Source: Candidatus Fermentimicrarchaeum limneticum (lineage in GTDB: Archaea > Micrarchaeota > Micrarchaeia > Burarchaeales > Fermentimicrarchaeaceae). From it: a stretch of DNA of 64,000 bases. Positions within the stretch are counted from its first letter, which is position 1. Every line of letters starts with the position of its first letter. Under the pieces are notes generated by a model. The model was not told the origin of the DNA. It worked only from the letters and a program-made list of their open reading frames with translations, and did not search any database. This document shows positions 45,838-55,675 of the stretch, one piece after another. The DNA lies in the NCBI GenBank assembly GCA_013426015.1, contig CP058998.1, positions 1,050,758-1,114,757 of the forward strand. The letters are read 5' to 3'. Position numbers and translations under genes: made by a program.

Positions 45838-47175
45838 ATGGTGAACTCGGTTAAAGCTCAGAAAGCACCTGGAGAGGATGTCTTTAAGCTCATCCCGGCT
45901 AGCGAGGAGAAAAGACTGCTCAAAAAGATCGAGGAGAATACCACGAGGGCAACTAGGGAGGAAACCGAGCGAACTCTTCTGAAGTTTGACGCTGAAACTC
46001 GGATGGGGTTCCTGGCTCAGATCAACCAGCTTATAGACGTCTCCAACAAGGCAGCGTCAGATGTGCGCAAGATGGCTAAAAAAGCAGGTTACGTAGGAAT
46101 CCATGCCGAAGCCGACATGAGCACGACTCTGCATTATATAAATGATTCTGCCAAGTTCCTATTCGTCGAGCAGTTCCGCGATTACATAAACATCGCCATC
46201 AAGCTTGAGGAGAGGGGTGAGCAGTCAAAGGATACGCTGAGGCATCTGTCCAAGCTTCTAGCGGTAGACCCGGAAAAACCTCTTCAGCTGTCCAACATGT
46301 TGCTGGAAAGAGGGACCAATCCAAAAGGAGTTCTCATGTCGCTTTCTAACCTGCCCACCCCATCGCGTGAGATGTATCTAGACAGGCTGGTCTCGCTGTC
46401 TAAGGAGATGGTTGGGAAGGATATGAACCCCGGACAAACAATACGCTACATCGCCGAACTCCCTAAGCAGATTCGTGATACGCATGTTGAGGAAATTCTA
46501 TCTTTGTCCGAGAAGCTCGTGGAAAACGGGATAGATCCCAAGGGCAGCATCTGGGCGATAAGCCTCCTCCCACGAGACGGAAGCGTTGATATCGGCAATG
46601 TCCTCCTGTCCTCTATTGACCACATCGCGAATGAAAGAAAGGACCCGATGGACATGGTTCTTGCAAGTTCTTCCTCCCGCATGCAGTCAGTAGACCGCAC
46701 AAAGATTGAGAAGATAATGGAGCTGGCTCACGAAGGGGTGAATAAACGCTGGATGAAAGCTGAGCAGTGGTGGGATATGGAGAAATCGATGAACTCCCTG
46801 CTTGTCTACTCACCAGAGAATTTCAACAGGGTTGCAGAGATTGCTGTCGGTTTGCTGGAGCAAAAGAGGAACCCGAACGACCTATTCCTTCTGTCAAGAT
46901 CAGTGATACAGCACTGCCCTGAAAGTTTTAATGCAGAGATAGATACCATCGGGAATCTGGTTTTAAACATAAAGCCATTTGATGACGCTCTGCTCCCGAT
47001 TTTCTACAGATCCATAGAATTTAAGGATAGCGGCTTTGAGAACTACGTTTTCTACAAGCTTCATCAGACTCTCCAACGCAACCCAGAGAGATTCCCGGAG
47101 AAGCTGCATGAAGTTGCGGATAAGGTCAGCTCCGGAATCAATCCGGAGGTAGTGTTCAAACCAGGCGCACCATAA
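45838..47175 (+). CDS. Hypothetical alpha-helical repeat protein
   Basis: It has recurring ~35-aa helical repeats, each ending in a ...P turn (LLERGTNPKGVLMSLSNLP, LVENGIDPKGSIWAISLLP, LEQKRNPNDLFLLSRSVIQHCP). Confidence 0.4.
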   Translation: MVNSVKAQKAPGEDVFKLIPASEEKRLLKKIEENTTRATREETERTLLKFDAETRMGFLAQINQLIDVSNKAASDVRKMAKKAGYVGIHAEADMSTTLHYINDSAKFLFVEQFRDYINIAIKLEERGEQSKDTLRHLSKLLAVDPEKPLQLSNMLLERGTNPKGVLMSLSNLPTPSREMYLDRLVSLSKEMVGKDMNPGQTIRYIAELPKQIRDTHVEEILSLSEKLVENGIDPKGSIWAISLLPRDGSVDIGNVLLSSIDHIANERKDPMDMVLASSSSRMQSVDRTKIEKIMELAHEGVNKRWMKAEQWWDMEKSMNSLLVYSPENFNRVAEIAVGLLEQKRNPNDLFLLSRSVIQHCPESFNAEIDTIGNLVLNIKPFDDALLPIFYRSIEFKDSGFENYVFYKLHQTLQRNPERFPEKLHEVADKVSSGINPEVVFKPGAP

Positions 47176-47180
47176 ACGAG

Positions 47181-48437
47181 TTAAACTAACCCCTTCACGA
47201 TAAACTCCAGCTCATTGGTTACCTTGTTCCTCATAACGTTACCATCCGCAACAACTTTCCTCCCCACGATCTCATCCTTCTTCAGCTCAATGACGGTTCC
47301 GGCATCCACATCCGCCGGCATTTCCTTCAGCCCAAGAAACCCCCTCGCATTCCTGTCAAAAAGCACAATCCCTATCCTCCCGCTTCCGTCATCAAGCACT
47401 GCATTCACAACAACCCCCCTCTTGATTTCAGTCGAACCGCATTTGGGGCATACGTCTTTTTGAACGCTGCTCCCGCATCTGCCGCACATCTCATACAAGC
47501 GTGCAGTTGCGCTAGTCACCCCTCCCTCCACTTCCGCAGCCATCCCTTCCTTGAGGTCCACTATACGTCTCCTTTCCGCCTCAACCGCCTTGATCCGGGG
47601 CAACTTCACATTTCTTGGATTTAGGATAATCCTGCTTCTCCAGTCCGCATGCAGTTCCCTTCCGAATGCCCCCTTCTTCGCATAGGCGTTCTCCACCTTA
47701 ATCCTATCGCCGCTCTTCATCCTTCTCACAAGCTCCGCATTCCCATCCCACAGTGTGACTCTGACTTTGCCACTCTCATCTGCAACGACTATGGATGAAA
47801 CGTACTTCACTCTCCCTTCTTTCTGGAAGGAGTTTATCGCCCCTACCTCCAGGACTTCTGCGATTAAGTCTATGTTCTCCACCCCCTCCCTAATCTCTGT
47901 TATCTTCCTAAGCCCGCCAACAACATCTGGGAGCGTTGCCCTGCTATTGACTTTCAGAACCTGCCCCCCCATTGGGAGGTGCACCTCCTTGCTTTCCTTC
48001 ACATATGCGCCCAGCACATCCACAACATCTCCCTTCTCTATCACTCCTTTCTCAACCAGCTCCACATCCCTATTCCAGAGCACCAGCGTCGCTTCACCGC
48101 TCTTATCTCCTATCACCAAGCTGCAGACCCTGCCACTCCTCCCGTTCCTCTCGAATTTTCTCGGAGCAAGAACCCGCATAACTTTTGCGTGTATATTCAC
48201 ATTCTGCATGTCGGAGGATAGCTCCTCAAGCGGAGTGAAGCGCAGCTCGTCTTTCTCAACTTCCAGCTCAATTCCCAGCTCCTTAGTTGTAAGGTAAAGT
48301 GCTGCAGCTTCGTTTATCAGGCCATAAAACTCTTCCTGCTTCCTCTTTACCATTTCAGCGACTTCCGTCTCGGGAATCCTGCTCTTTTCGGTTATAGCCT
48401 TCCTCATCTTGGCTGGGTTCTTCAAGAACTCGAGCAT
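47181..48437 (-). CDS. rpa: Replication protein A (RPA, ssDNA-binding, OB folds with a zinc ribbon)
   Basis: There are repeated OB-fold-like segments (VNIHAKVMRV...GRSGRVCSLVIGDKSGEATLVLW; GRVKYVSSIVVADESGKVRVTLW) and a C-terminal zinc ribbon CGRCGSSVQKDVCPKCG. Confidence 0.6.
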   Translation of the reverse strand: MLEFLKNPAKMRKAITEKSRIPETEVAEMVKRKQEEFYGLINEAAALYLTTKELGIELEVEKDELRFTPLEELSSDMQNVNIHAKVMRVLAPRKFERNGRSGRVCSLVIGDKSGEATLVLWNRDVELVEKGVIEKGDVVDVLGAYVKESKEVHLPMGGQVLKVNSRATLPDVVGGLRKITEIREGVENIDLIAEVLEVGAINSFQKEGRVKYVSSIVVADESGKVRVTLWDGNAELVRRMKSGDRIKVENAYAKKGAFGRELHADWRSRIILNPRNVKLPRIKAVEAERRRIVDLKEGMAAEVEGGVTSATARLYEMCGRCGSSVQKDVCPKCGSTEIKRGVVVNAVLDDGSGRIGIVLFDRNARGFLGLKEMPADVDAGTVIELKKDEIVGRKVVADGNVMRNKVTNELEFIVKGLV

Positions 48438-48489
48438 GGGAGATTATTGACCAACAAGTAATAAATTCCTTAACTGCTCTAGTCTCACC

Positions 48490-49062
48490 ATGAGGAATAT
48501 TTCTGAAAACATATTGATGATAGAAGGAGGAGGCCTCTGCTCAAACGTCTATATCCTTACCGAAGGAAAAAAGGCGCTGCTTATCGACTCCGGGGACGGA
48601 AGCAATTTTGAAGAGATTCAGAACGCGCTGGAAGGGCTTGAGCTTATGCAAGTGGTCCTCACGCACGGACATTTCGACCATATCGGAGGGATGCGTTACC
48701 TAATAACAGCTGGGATGGTGCGTAAGGCAGACCTTGCAGTTCTCGACGAGCTGAATTCCGTTTTCCCGAGCTACCAAAGGCCAACAAACCTGCACGAGCT
48801 GAGGACCAGCTCGCTTAAATTCGGCAAATTTGACCTGCAGATAATTGATACGCCCGGCCACACTCCCGGTTCAATCTGCTTGTTTGAGAAGAGCAGAAAG
48901 ATTCTATTTTCAGGTGACACTCTTTTTGCAGGCGGTTACGTCGGCAGAACCGATCTTTTTGGAGGCAATTCAGAGAAACTGATTAAGTCGCTCGGAATGA
49001 TAAAGAAGCTAGATTATAAGGTGCTTTGTCCGGGCCATAATGAAGTAGAATGCGTCATATGA
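48490..49062 (+). CDS. MBL-fold metallo-hydrolase
   Basis: It carries VLTHGHFDHIGG (HxHxDH), IIDTPGHTPGS and GDTLF. Confidence 0.6.
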   Translation: MRNISENILMIEGGGLCSNVYILTEGKKALLIDSGDGSNFEEIQNALEGLELMQVVLTHGHFDHIGGMRYLITAGMVRKADLAVLDELNSVFPSYQRPTNLHELRTSSLKFGKFDLQIIDTPGHTPGSICLFEKSRKILFSGDTLFAGGYVGRTDLFGGNSEKLIKSLGMIKKLDYKVLCPGHNEVECVI

Positions 49063-50053
49063 CATCCGGCTTTCCGTATATCAAAATTGACATTACCGAC
49101 CTTCCTATCCTCTCCGGCTCCTCCTTCTTCACATGCTCCGTTGCATCCTTCAACCCTAATGCCAGGTGTTCATAACCCATCTGCTCGGCAAGCTCAGGTA
49201 TTGAATCCTTGAATATCTTCTCAACAATGCTGCCCCACCTGCTGCTCCCAACTTCAATCGTGCTGCCGCTCTCTTTCAACCTACTTTTTATTTCCTTATA
49301 AAGCTGATAGCTCTGTCTTAGACATTCATTATAGCTTTCCGCGTCTCCGGTGCCAACGAGCAGATTCTTAGCTATATGCAGCGTGAATTTCAAATCTGCG
49401 AACTCGTGCTGGTCCGTCTCCTTCAGGAGCTTCCTAACTCCCTCAAAAACCACATTCTTGTCCAACCCGCGCCTGCTCAACCCCTCGTCCAAGCTCTCAA
49501 TGAGCCTGATTGCATCCCTCTTCTGCGCCATTACGCTGAACTTCACCACTTCGTCAGCAATTCCTCTTGAGACTTCCGGGGATATGCCAAATTTGACGCC
49601 AACTGCCTTCCTTGCAGCCTGCCTCAGCCTCTCGTCAGGATCGCAGAGCATCTCAAACATCCTTAACCTAACATCCGGCCTTATCTCCTCCAGCCCTTTA
49701 ATCGGGGTGCCAATTTTTTCCAGAAAAATCTCCTTTACCTGCGGGTTGCTGTCGTTTATAAGCTCAAGGAATCTGCCAATCCTCTCCTCACTCGAAAGCT
49801 CCGGATTCTGCTTGAGCATCTCAACATAAACCTTAACCGCAAGCTTGCGGACGTATGTGTCCCTATCATGCATCAGCTCCCCAACCCTGTCTATTATTTT
49901 TGGCGTAGCCAGAATTTTGTCCCCAGCTCTTCTGAGAAGTTCGTAGAGCTGCTTAACGTCAATTTCGGGGTTGTTAAGGCAGTCTAGAGCGTAGGCTTCT
50001 ATCGCATTCTTCATGGGCAGCCTCTCCTCGTAGCTCATTCTCTTAACAGGCAT
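49055..50053 (-). CDS. Hypothetical HEAT/ARM-like helical repeat protein
   Basis: It is 332 aa of repetitive amphipathic helices (KLAVKVYVEMLKQNPE..., QAARKAVGVKFGISPE...) with no catalytic motifs. Confidence 0.35.
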   Translation of the reverse strand: MPVKRMSYEERLPMKNAIEAYALDCLNNPEIDVKQLYELLRRAGDKILATPKIIDRVGELMHDRDTYVRKLAVKVYVEMLKQNPELSSEERIGRFLELINDSNPQVKEIFLEKIGTPIKGLEEIRPDVRLRMFEMLCDPDERLRQAARKAVGVKFGISPEVSRGIADEVVKFSVMAQKRDAIRLIESLDEGLSRRGLDKNVVFEGVRKLLKETDQHEFADLKFTLHIAKNLLVGTGDAESYNECLRQSYQLYKEIKSRLKESGSTIEVGSSRWGSIVEKIFKDSIPELAEQMGYEHLALGLKDATEHVKKEEPERIGRSVMSILIYGKPDVI

Positions 50054-50094
50054 GGAGTAAATTGCTCAGTTTAATTATTTAAATTGAGAGGAGC

Positions 50095-51207
50095 TTGAAC
50101 AGCGCAGATTTAAATATTAAGATAAGCGAATATATCGGTCATATGAGGAAAAAGCAGACTAGGAAGAAGCCTCAAAAACCTAGCGCAGGCAGGAAGCCCC
50201 TCATGCTTGTGACAGGTGCCGGAGGCAGGCTCGGCAAGCATCTGCTGCGTCTCTTGCTGGAGCGGAATTCAAGGGTAAGGGTTCTTGCCAGGGCAGGGGC
50301 GGACTTGTCGTTCCCAGAGGGAGTCGAGGTTTTCCCGGGCGACATCACCCATCCCTCAACAATAATGGATGCTGTCAACGGGGTTGATGTCGTATTTCAT
50401 CTTGCAGCACTTGTTGACTACGTGAGCTCTGAGAAGGAGCTCTTCAGGGTGAATGTTGACGGGACGAGGAACCTGCTGAAGGTGTGCGTTGAGCTAGCTC
50501 CCCACCTGAAGAGATTTGTCTACTGCAGCTCAACCTCAGTAATGGGAAAGGAGCCGGCCGAGATACCGGCCAATGAGAAGACTGAATGCATACCGACAGA
50601 CAACTACGGTCTGTCAAAGCTGATGGCAGAGAAGGTCGTTATGGAGTACAGGGACAGGCTGCCAGTAACCATAATCCGCCCTGCAGTAATATACGGGGAA
50701 GGGTTCAACGAGGGCTACTTCCCTGTCTTCAAAATGCTGAAAAACCACACGCTTAGGATACTGGATTCAGGGAGGAATGTCCTCCCGTTCATCCACGCAA
50801 GGGATGTTGCAAGGGCTTTGCTGCTTGCCGCAGAGAACAAGAAGGCGGTAGGGCAGACGTACGTAATAACGGGCGGCGAGCAGATGACGCAGAAGGAGAT
50901 TATGGAGATTGCTGCCAAGGAACTGGGGGTAAAACCCCCGACAAAACACATACCACGCTTCATGGCAGAGCTCGGGATTGAGCTGTCCTACCTGACCAGC
51001 ATATTCGGCGGGAAGAAACCTTCAATAGACTCGGAACAGCTCGCAGTCCTGTCCTCACACAGGGTTTTTGACATTTCAAAGGCAAAGAAAGAATTGGGCT
51101 ACGCCCCAGAAGTGAGGCTGGAGGAGGGTATTAAAGAGATGGTAGAGTATTATAAAAGAGGTGCTTTCTATGAGGAGCATGGGAAAGGTGGAAAAATACA
51201 TAAATGA
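50095..51207 (+). CDS. NAD-dependent epimerase/dehydratase (extended SDR family)
   Basis: It has a Rossmann motif VTGAGGRLGKHL and the catalytic YGLSK (YxxxK). The true start is probably the internal Met at ~50203 (MLVTGAGG). Confidence 0.65.
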   Translation: MNSADLNIKISEYIGHMRKKQTRKKPQKPSAGRKPLMLVTGAGGRLGKHLLRLLLERNSRVRVLARAGADLSFPEGVEVFPGDITHPSTIMDAVNGVDVVFHLAALVDYVSSEKELFRVNVDGTRNLLKVCVELAPHLKRFVYCSSTSVMGKEPAEIPANEKTECIPTDNYGLSKLMAEKVVMEYRDRLPVTIIRPAVIYGEGFNEGYFPVFKMLKNHTLRILDSGRNVLPFIHARDVARALLLAAENKKAVGQTYVITGGEQMTQKEIMEIAAKELGVKPPTKHIPRFMAELGIELSYLTSIFGGKKPSIDSEQLAVLSSHRVFDISKAKKELGYAPEVRLEEGIKEMVEYYKRGAFYEEHGKGGKIHK

Positions 51208-51940
51208 CGGCATCCAGAGGGAAGGCGCACTGCTATTTGTTTTGATAGATCCACTGGACTACCCCACCCTTGACAAGGCAGTTCAGACCGCAGGGGAGGC
51301 GTGCGATGCCGGTGCCGACATCATACTCATCGGAGGCAGCATAGGTGTCCAGGGCCACATCCTTGACGAAGTAACAAAAAGAATAAAGGAAAAAGTTAAC
51401 GTCCCAATAGTCCTTTTCCCGGGCAATACGGGCACACTGACAAGATTCGCCGATGCGGTCTATTTCATGCAGCTTCTGAACTCCAGAAATCCCTACTGGA
51501 TTTCCCAGGCCCAGGCTCTTGCAGCACCAATAGTCAAGCAGATTGGCATAGAGCCTCTGGCAGTAGGTTACATAGTTGTTGAACCCGGCGGAACAGTCGG
51601 CTGGGTTGGGGATGCAAACAAGGTGCCTAGAGGCAAGGCACAGATAGCAGCTTTCCTGGCCCTTGCTGGCGAGTACGCAGGAAGCAAAATTATCGTGACA
51701 GATGTAGGAAGTGCGTCAGAACTGGGGCCGGTACCGCTGGAAATGGTCAAGGCTGTCAGGAAAGTAACCTCCGTTCCCTACATAGTAGCTGGCGGAATAA
51801 AAACAAAGCATCAGGCAGCGGAAATAGTCAAGGCAGGAGCTGATGCAATACACATCGGCACGGCGGCGCAGGATTCTAAGCATGTGGGAAAGACAGTAAA
51901 AGGGTTCGTAAAGGCAATCAAAGAGGCAGGGAGGAGATGA
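51161..51940 (+). CDS. Geranylgeranylglyceryl phosphate synthase (GGGPS/PcrB family TIM barrel)
   Basis: It carries LIDPLDY...GADIILIGGS...VPIVLFPGN...IVAGGIKT...GADAIHIGTA, the characteristic PcrB/GGGPS signature. The start is probably at MGKVEKY. Confidence 0.65.
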   Translation: MLSMRSMGKVEKYINDGIQREGALLFVLIDPLDYPTLDKAVQTAGEACDAGADIILIGGSIGVQGHILDEVTKRIKEKVNVPIVLFPGNTGTLTRFADAVYFMQLLNSRNPYWISQAQALAAPIVKQIGIEPLAVGYIVVEPGGTVGWVGDANKVPRGKAQIAAFLALAGEYAGSKIIVTDVGSASELGPVPLEMVKAVRKVTSVPYIVAGGIKTKHQAAEIVKAGADAIHIGTAAQDSKHVGKTVKGFVKAIKEAGRR

Positions 51941-51941
51941 G

Positions 51942-53198
51942 ATGGTAAGCAACCTAGTTTTCCTTCAGCAGATACTTCTTTCAATGGGCGTCGGTGCGCT
52001 CATAGGAGTCGAGAGGGAGCATACGAAACATCAGAGAATAGCGGGCGTGAGGACAATCGCACTCATCACCCTGCTTGGCACCCTGAGCGTCATGATATCC
52101 GAGCTTTCAGGTGCTCTCGCCTATATCCCTTACCTCTGCCTGCTGGCGGTTATAGGCTATACGTTCCTCCTTTACTACTTCAGGGCTAAGAACCTAAAAG
52201 CACTCGGCATAACCACCATACTCACCCTTCCGCTGGCTTTCATACTGGGCATATTCATCGGGTTCAACCTGTACCTAGAGGCGGTAAGCGGTGCGATTCT
52301 CACAACAATACTCCTCCTCAGCAGGGACTACTCCCACCTATTTGTAAAGAGGCTCACTGATGAAGAGATAGCAGATGCAATGCTGTTCGGAACAATCTGC
52401 TTCATAGTCTATCCAATAGCCCTGATTTTATCACCATCAGCTCCCATCACCATATACGATACTTTCTCCATAAACCTGCAGTCCTTCCTTGCCGTAGTCA
52501 TAGTTGTCTCCCTGATATCATTCATATCCTTCCTGCTTATGCGTTTCTGGGGGCACAGGGCGCTCCCCTTAACAGGCTTTCTGGGAGGATTGATAAACTC
52601 CGTTGCTACAGTTGCATCCCTTGCTTCCAAATCAAAGGAGAAGCCATCCCCCCTCTACATAACTGCTATGGCAACAGCAAGCAGCGCGATGCTGCTGAGG
52701 AATCTGTTCCTTGCGCTGCTGTTCTCACCTAAAGTCTTCTCCCTGATAGCGCTCCCCATAGTTGCGATGGTTCTGGTCTTCCTCATCCAGAGTTTCTACA
52801 GCACTACCAGATCAAAAGCCCACAGGATTGAGCTGCTTTTCAGGCAGCCTTTCTCCGTAGTCTCGGGATTGAAATTTGGCGCAGAGCTTTTCGGCGTAAT
52901 GCTGCTGGTCTACTTGGTCTCACAATTCAGCCCGGGCAGCATAGGGATAGCCGCATTCATAGGCGGGCTGGTCAGCAGCGCCTCAGTCGTTGCGTCAATC
53001 TCTACGAACCAAGCCGTTTGGGGAATGGGGAATACCGAGGCTGCCTACCTGATAATGGTGGGCTGCTTCGCAAGCCTCCTGACGAAGATATTCACGCTCA
53101 TAACAAGCGCATCTAAGGAGTTCAGCGGAAGGGGCATTCCGATAATAATAACTTCAATGCTTGCCGGGGCGATACTGCTCATCCTTACTGTGCGCTGA
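51942..53198 (+). CDS. MgtC/SapB-family N-domain + DUF4010-like polytopic membrane protein
   Basis: The N-terminal motif is MGVGALIGVEREHTKHQRIAGVRT. There are about 10 TM helices. Confidence 0.55.
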   Translation: MVSNLVFLQQILLSMGVGALIGVEREHTKHQRIAGVRTIALITLLGTLSVMISELSGALAYIPYLCLLAVIGYTFLLYYFRAKNLKALGITTILTLPLAFILGIFIGFNLYLEAVSGAILTTILLLSRDYSHLFVKRLTDEEIADAMLFGTICFIVYPIALILSPSAPITIYDTFSINLQSFLAVVIVVSLISFISFLLMRFWGHRALPLTGFLGGLINSVATVASLASKSKEKPSPLYITAMATASSAMLLRNLFLALLFSPKVFSLIALPIVAMVLVFLIQSFYSTTRSKAHRIELLFRQPFSVVSGLKFGAELFGVMLLVYLVSQFSPGSIGIAAFIGGLVSSASVVASISTNQAVWGMGNTEAAYLIMVGCFASLLTKIFTLITSASKEFSGRGIPIIITSMLAGAILLILTVR

Positions 53199-54434
53199 TA
53201 CTCCCTCCAGCTCCTTCATTATTTTTATCGCGCAGTAATCCCCGCACATGCTGCACGCCCTGCTCCTGCTGCCCCTCTTCTTCCTGTACTCCCTTGCCTT
53301 CTTATCGTATATTGCGCAATCAAACTGCTTCCTCCAATCCAGCTCAGCCCGTGCCTTGCTCATTTCCAAGTCAACTTCATTGTCCATCCTCTTCGCAATG
53401 TCCGCTGCATGCGCAGCTATCCTCATTGCAACTACTCCGTCAACCACATCCTCCACCCTAGGCAGAGCAACGTGCTCGCTGGGAGTAACAACGCACAGGA
53501 AGTCCGCCCCAGCCTTGGCAGCAATAGCCCCCCCTATTGCAGAGCTTATGTGGTCATATCCCACAGCAATATCCGTTACAAGTGGGCCAAGCACGTAGAA
53601 AGGAGCTCCTGAGCATATTTTCTTCTGCAGCATTATGTTCGCCTCAATCTTCTCTATTGGAACGTGGCCTGGCCCCTCGCATATTACGGAAACATTCCTC
53701 TCATGCGCCCGTTTGACGAGCTCCCCCTGCGTTATAAGCTCATGCATCTGCGCCCTGTCAGTCGAATCGCTCAGGCAGCCTGGCCTCAGCGCATCCCCCA
53801 GGCTCAGGATGACATCCCTGTCCTCGGCAAGCTCAAGCAGATAATCGAAATTCGTGTAAAGCGGATTCTCCTTCTCGTTCTTCATCATCCACGCAGCAAG
53901 CATGCATCCTCCTCTGCTCACTATCCTCATTATCCTGCTCTTTGTCAGGTCAAGTCCCTTTCTCCTCATTGCCGCATGCACTGTTACGAAATTCACCCCT
54001 AGCTGCATGTGCCTCTCCACTGCCTTGAGGATGTCCTCCTCTCTCGGCAGTTCACCCTTTTTGAACGAATTCACAAAGGCAGAATAGACCGGGACAGTTC
54101 CGACAGGCACTCTTGAGGCTCGAATGATCCTTTTCAGCACCGCTTCCAGGTTGCCGCCAGTGCTCAGATCCATAACCGTATCCGTGCCAGCCTCAACAGC
54201 CGCCTTGACCTTCCTAACTTCCTCCTCAACTCTCGCAAAATCAGTGGACGTTCCAACATTGGCGTTTACCTTTGTCCTCAGGCCAGCCCCGATCCCGCAT
54301 ACCTCCTCACCCTTCTCCATCACAACTATCTTCCCTTTCGCAACGCCATTCCTCACCCTCTCCGCGTTGACTTTCTCATCCTTTGCAATTTTCTTAACAG
54401 TGGAAGTGACAACTCCTCTCTTGGCTAGCTTCAT
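53154..54434 (-). CDS. thiC: Phosphomethylpyrimidine synthase ThiC
   Basis: It carries GPLVTDIAVGYDHISSAIGGAIAAKAGADFLCVVTPSEHVALP and a C-terminal CSMCGDYCAIK cluster. The start is trimmed to MKLAKRG because the ORF track over-extends to 54578. Confidence 0.8.
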   Translation of the reverse strand: MKLAKRGVVTSTVKKIAKDEKVNAERVRNGVAKGKIVVMEKGEEVCGIGAGLRTKVNANVGTSTDFARVEEEVRKVKAAVEAGTDTVMDLSTGGNLEAVLKRIIRASRVPVGTVPVYSAFVNSFKKGELPREEDILKAVERHMQLGVNFVTVHAAMRRKGLDLTKSRIMRIVSRGGCMLAAWMMKNEKENPLYTNFDYLLELAEDRDVILSLGDALRPGCLSDSTDRAQMHELITQGELVKRAHERNVSVICEGPGHVPIEKIEANIMLQKKICSGAPFYVLGPLVTDIAVGYDHISSAIGGAIAAKAGADFLCVVTPSEHVALPRVEDVVDGVVAMRIAAHAADIAKRMDNEVDLEMSKARAELDWRKQFDCAIYDKKAREYRKKRGSRSRACSMCGDYCAIKIMKELEGVSAHSKDEQYRPGKH

Positions 54435-54502
54435 CTGAGTCAAATAAAACACCCCAAGAGTTTTAAAAGCGCAAAATATATACAACTTACGCAAGTGGTT
54501 TC

Positions 54503-55624
54503 GTGAGGGAAATAGCAAATATTGAATTGTTCTGCATATGCAAGGAGCTGCAGATTCTTGTAGGGGCAAGGCTGACAAAGCTCTACGAACTCGGAAAGGA
54601 CGAATTCCGCATGCGCTTCCACTCGCCGGAATGCGGCGATGTTGACGTATACTGCAAGCTTAGGGAAAGGATCAACATAACGCAGTACATAAAGGAAGCA
54701 CCTCAGAAACCTTCCAACTTCATAATGGGATTGAGGAAGCACATTGAAGGCGCGAGAGTGAAGAGCGTCATGCAGTACGGGCTTGACCGAGTTGTTGTGT
54801 TTGAGCTTGAGAAGGAGAACAGGTTCCTCCTCATCTTCGAGATGTTTTCCCACGGCAATCTCATACTGACAGATGCAAGTTACAAAATTCTTCAGGCATA
54901 CAGGAGCGAGGAATGGGAGGACAGGAAAATCAGGAGAGGCGAGAAGTATATCTTCCCCAAATCAGAAAGGCTGGACCCGTTTGAACTGAACGAAAGGAAG
55001 CTGATGAGTCTTCTTGATTCAAAGAGGCTAGTGCCGTCCCTATCCTCAAAAATCAATCTCGGTCCGGCCTACATAGAGGAGGCGTGCAGAAGGGGGGAGC
55101 TGGATCTGAGCAGGAATGCAGATTCATTGAAGGAGCCGGATGTGCGGAAGCTCTTCGCAGGCTTCATAGAAGTCATGGAGTATGTGAACAAACCCGAGCC
55201 TGTAATCTACCTGAAGGATGGAAAGTATATCGATTACTCCCTCTTCCCATTTAAAAAGTATGAAGGGATGGAGGCTCTTCAACTAAAATCAGTCTCAGCA
55301 CTGCTTGACGACTTCTACCTGCATTTCGTTGCTGAGGAGAAGAAGGTTGACCCGAAGAAGACGAGGATTGAGGTGAAACTGAAAGAGCAGCAGAGGAGTC
55401 TGGAGGAATTCAGCCTTCGGGCGAAGGAAAACAAGGAGATGGGAGATACGATATACAGCAACTTCGACAAGGTCGAGTCAATACTCAGCTTCATAAAGGA
55501 AAGGAAGAAACTAAAGAAAAAACAGGACGAAATTATGGAAGAGATGAGGAAGGAAATGCCAGAAGAGGCGAAGCTCGTGGAGAGCATAAACCTGAAAAAA
55601 GGCGAGGTTGTGCTGCAGCTGTGA
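54503..55624 (+). CDS. NFACT-N domain protein (short FbpA/RqcH-like)
   Basis: The N-terminus ELQILVGARLTKLYELGKDEFRMRFHS matches the NFACT-N/Rqc2 N-terminal signature. A Lys/Glu-rich coiled-coil follows. It is only 373 aa, so it lacks the C-terminal NFACT-R/C part. Confidence 0.45.
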   Translation: MREIANIELFCICKELQILVGARLTKLYELGKDEFRMRFHSPECGDVDVYCKLRERINITQYIKEAPQKPSNFIMGLRKHIEGARVKSVMQYGLDRVVVFELEKENRFLLIFEMFSHGNLILTDASYKILQAYRSEEWEDRKIRRGEKYIFPKSERLDPFELNERKLMSLLDSKRLVPSLSSKINLGPAYIEEACRRGELDLSRNADSLKEPDVRKLFAGFIEVMEYVNKPEPVIYLKDGKYIDYSLFPFKKYEGMEALQLKSVSALLDDFYLHFVAEEKKVDPKKTRIEVKLKEQQRSLEEFSLRAKENKEMGDTIYSNFDKVESILSFIKERKKLKKKQDEIMEEMRKEMPEEAKLVESINLKKGEVVLQL

Positions 55625-55675
55625 GTTGAAAAGCGCAAATCATATTTTATACTCTAATTGATAATCATCTGAATT

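Noticed and set aside
54435-54578. N-terminal 48-aa extension of the ThiC ORF (MSALPLQESAAPCICRTIQ...).
   Set aside because: ThiC homologs start near MKLAKRG.... The extension has no ThiC-like sequence and would overlap the divergent promoter region of the NFACT gene.
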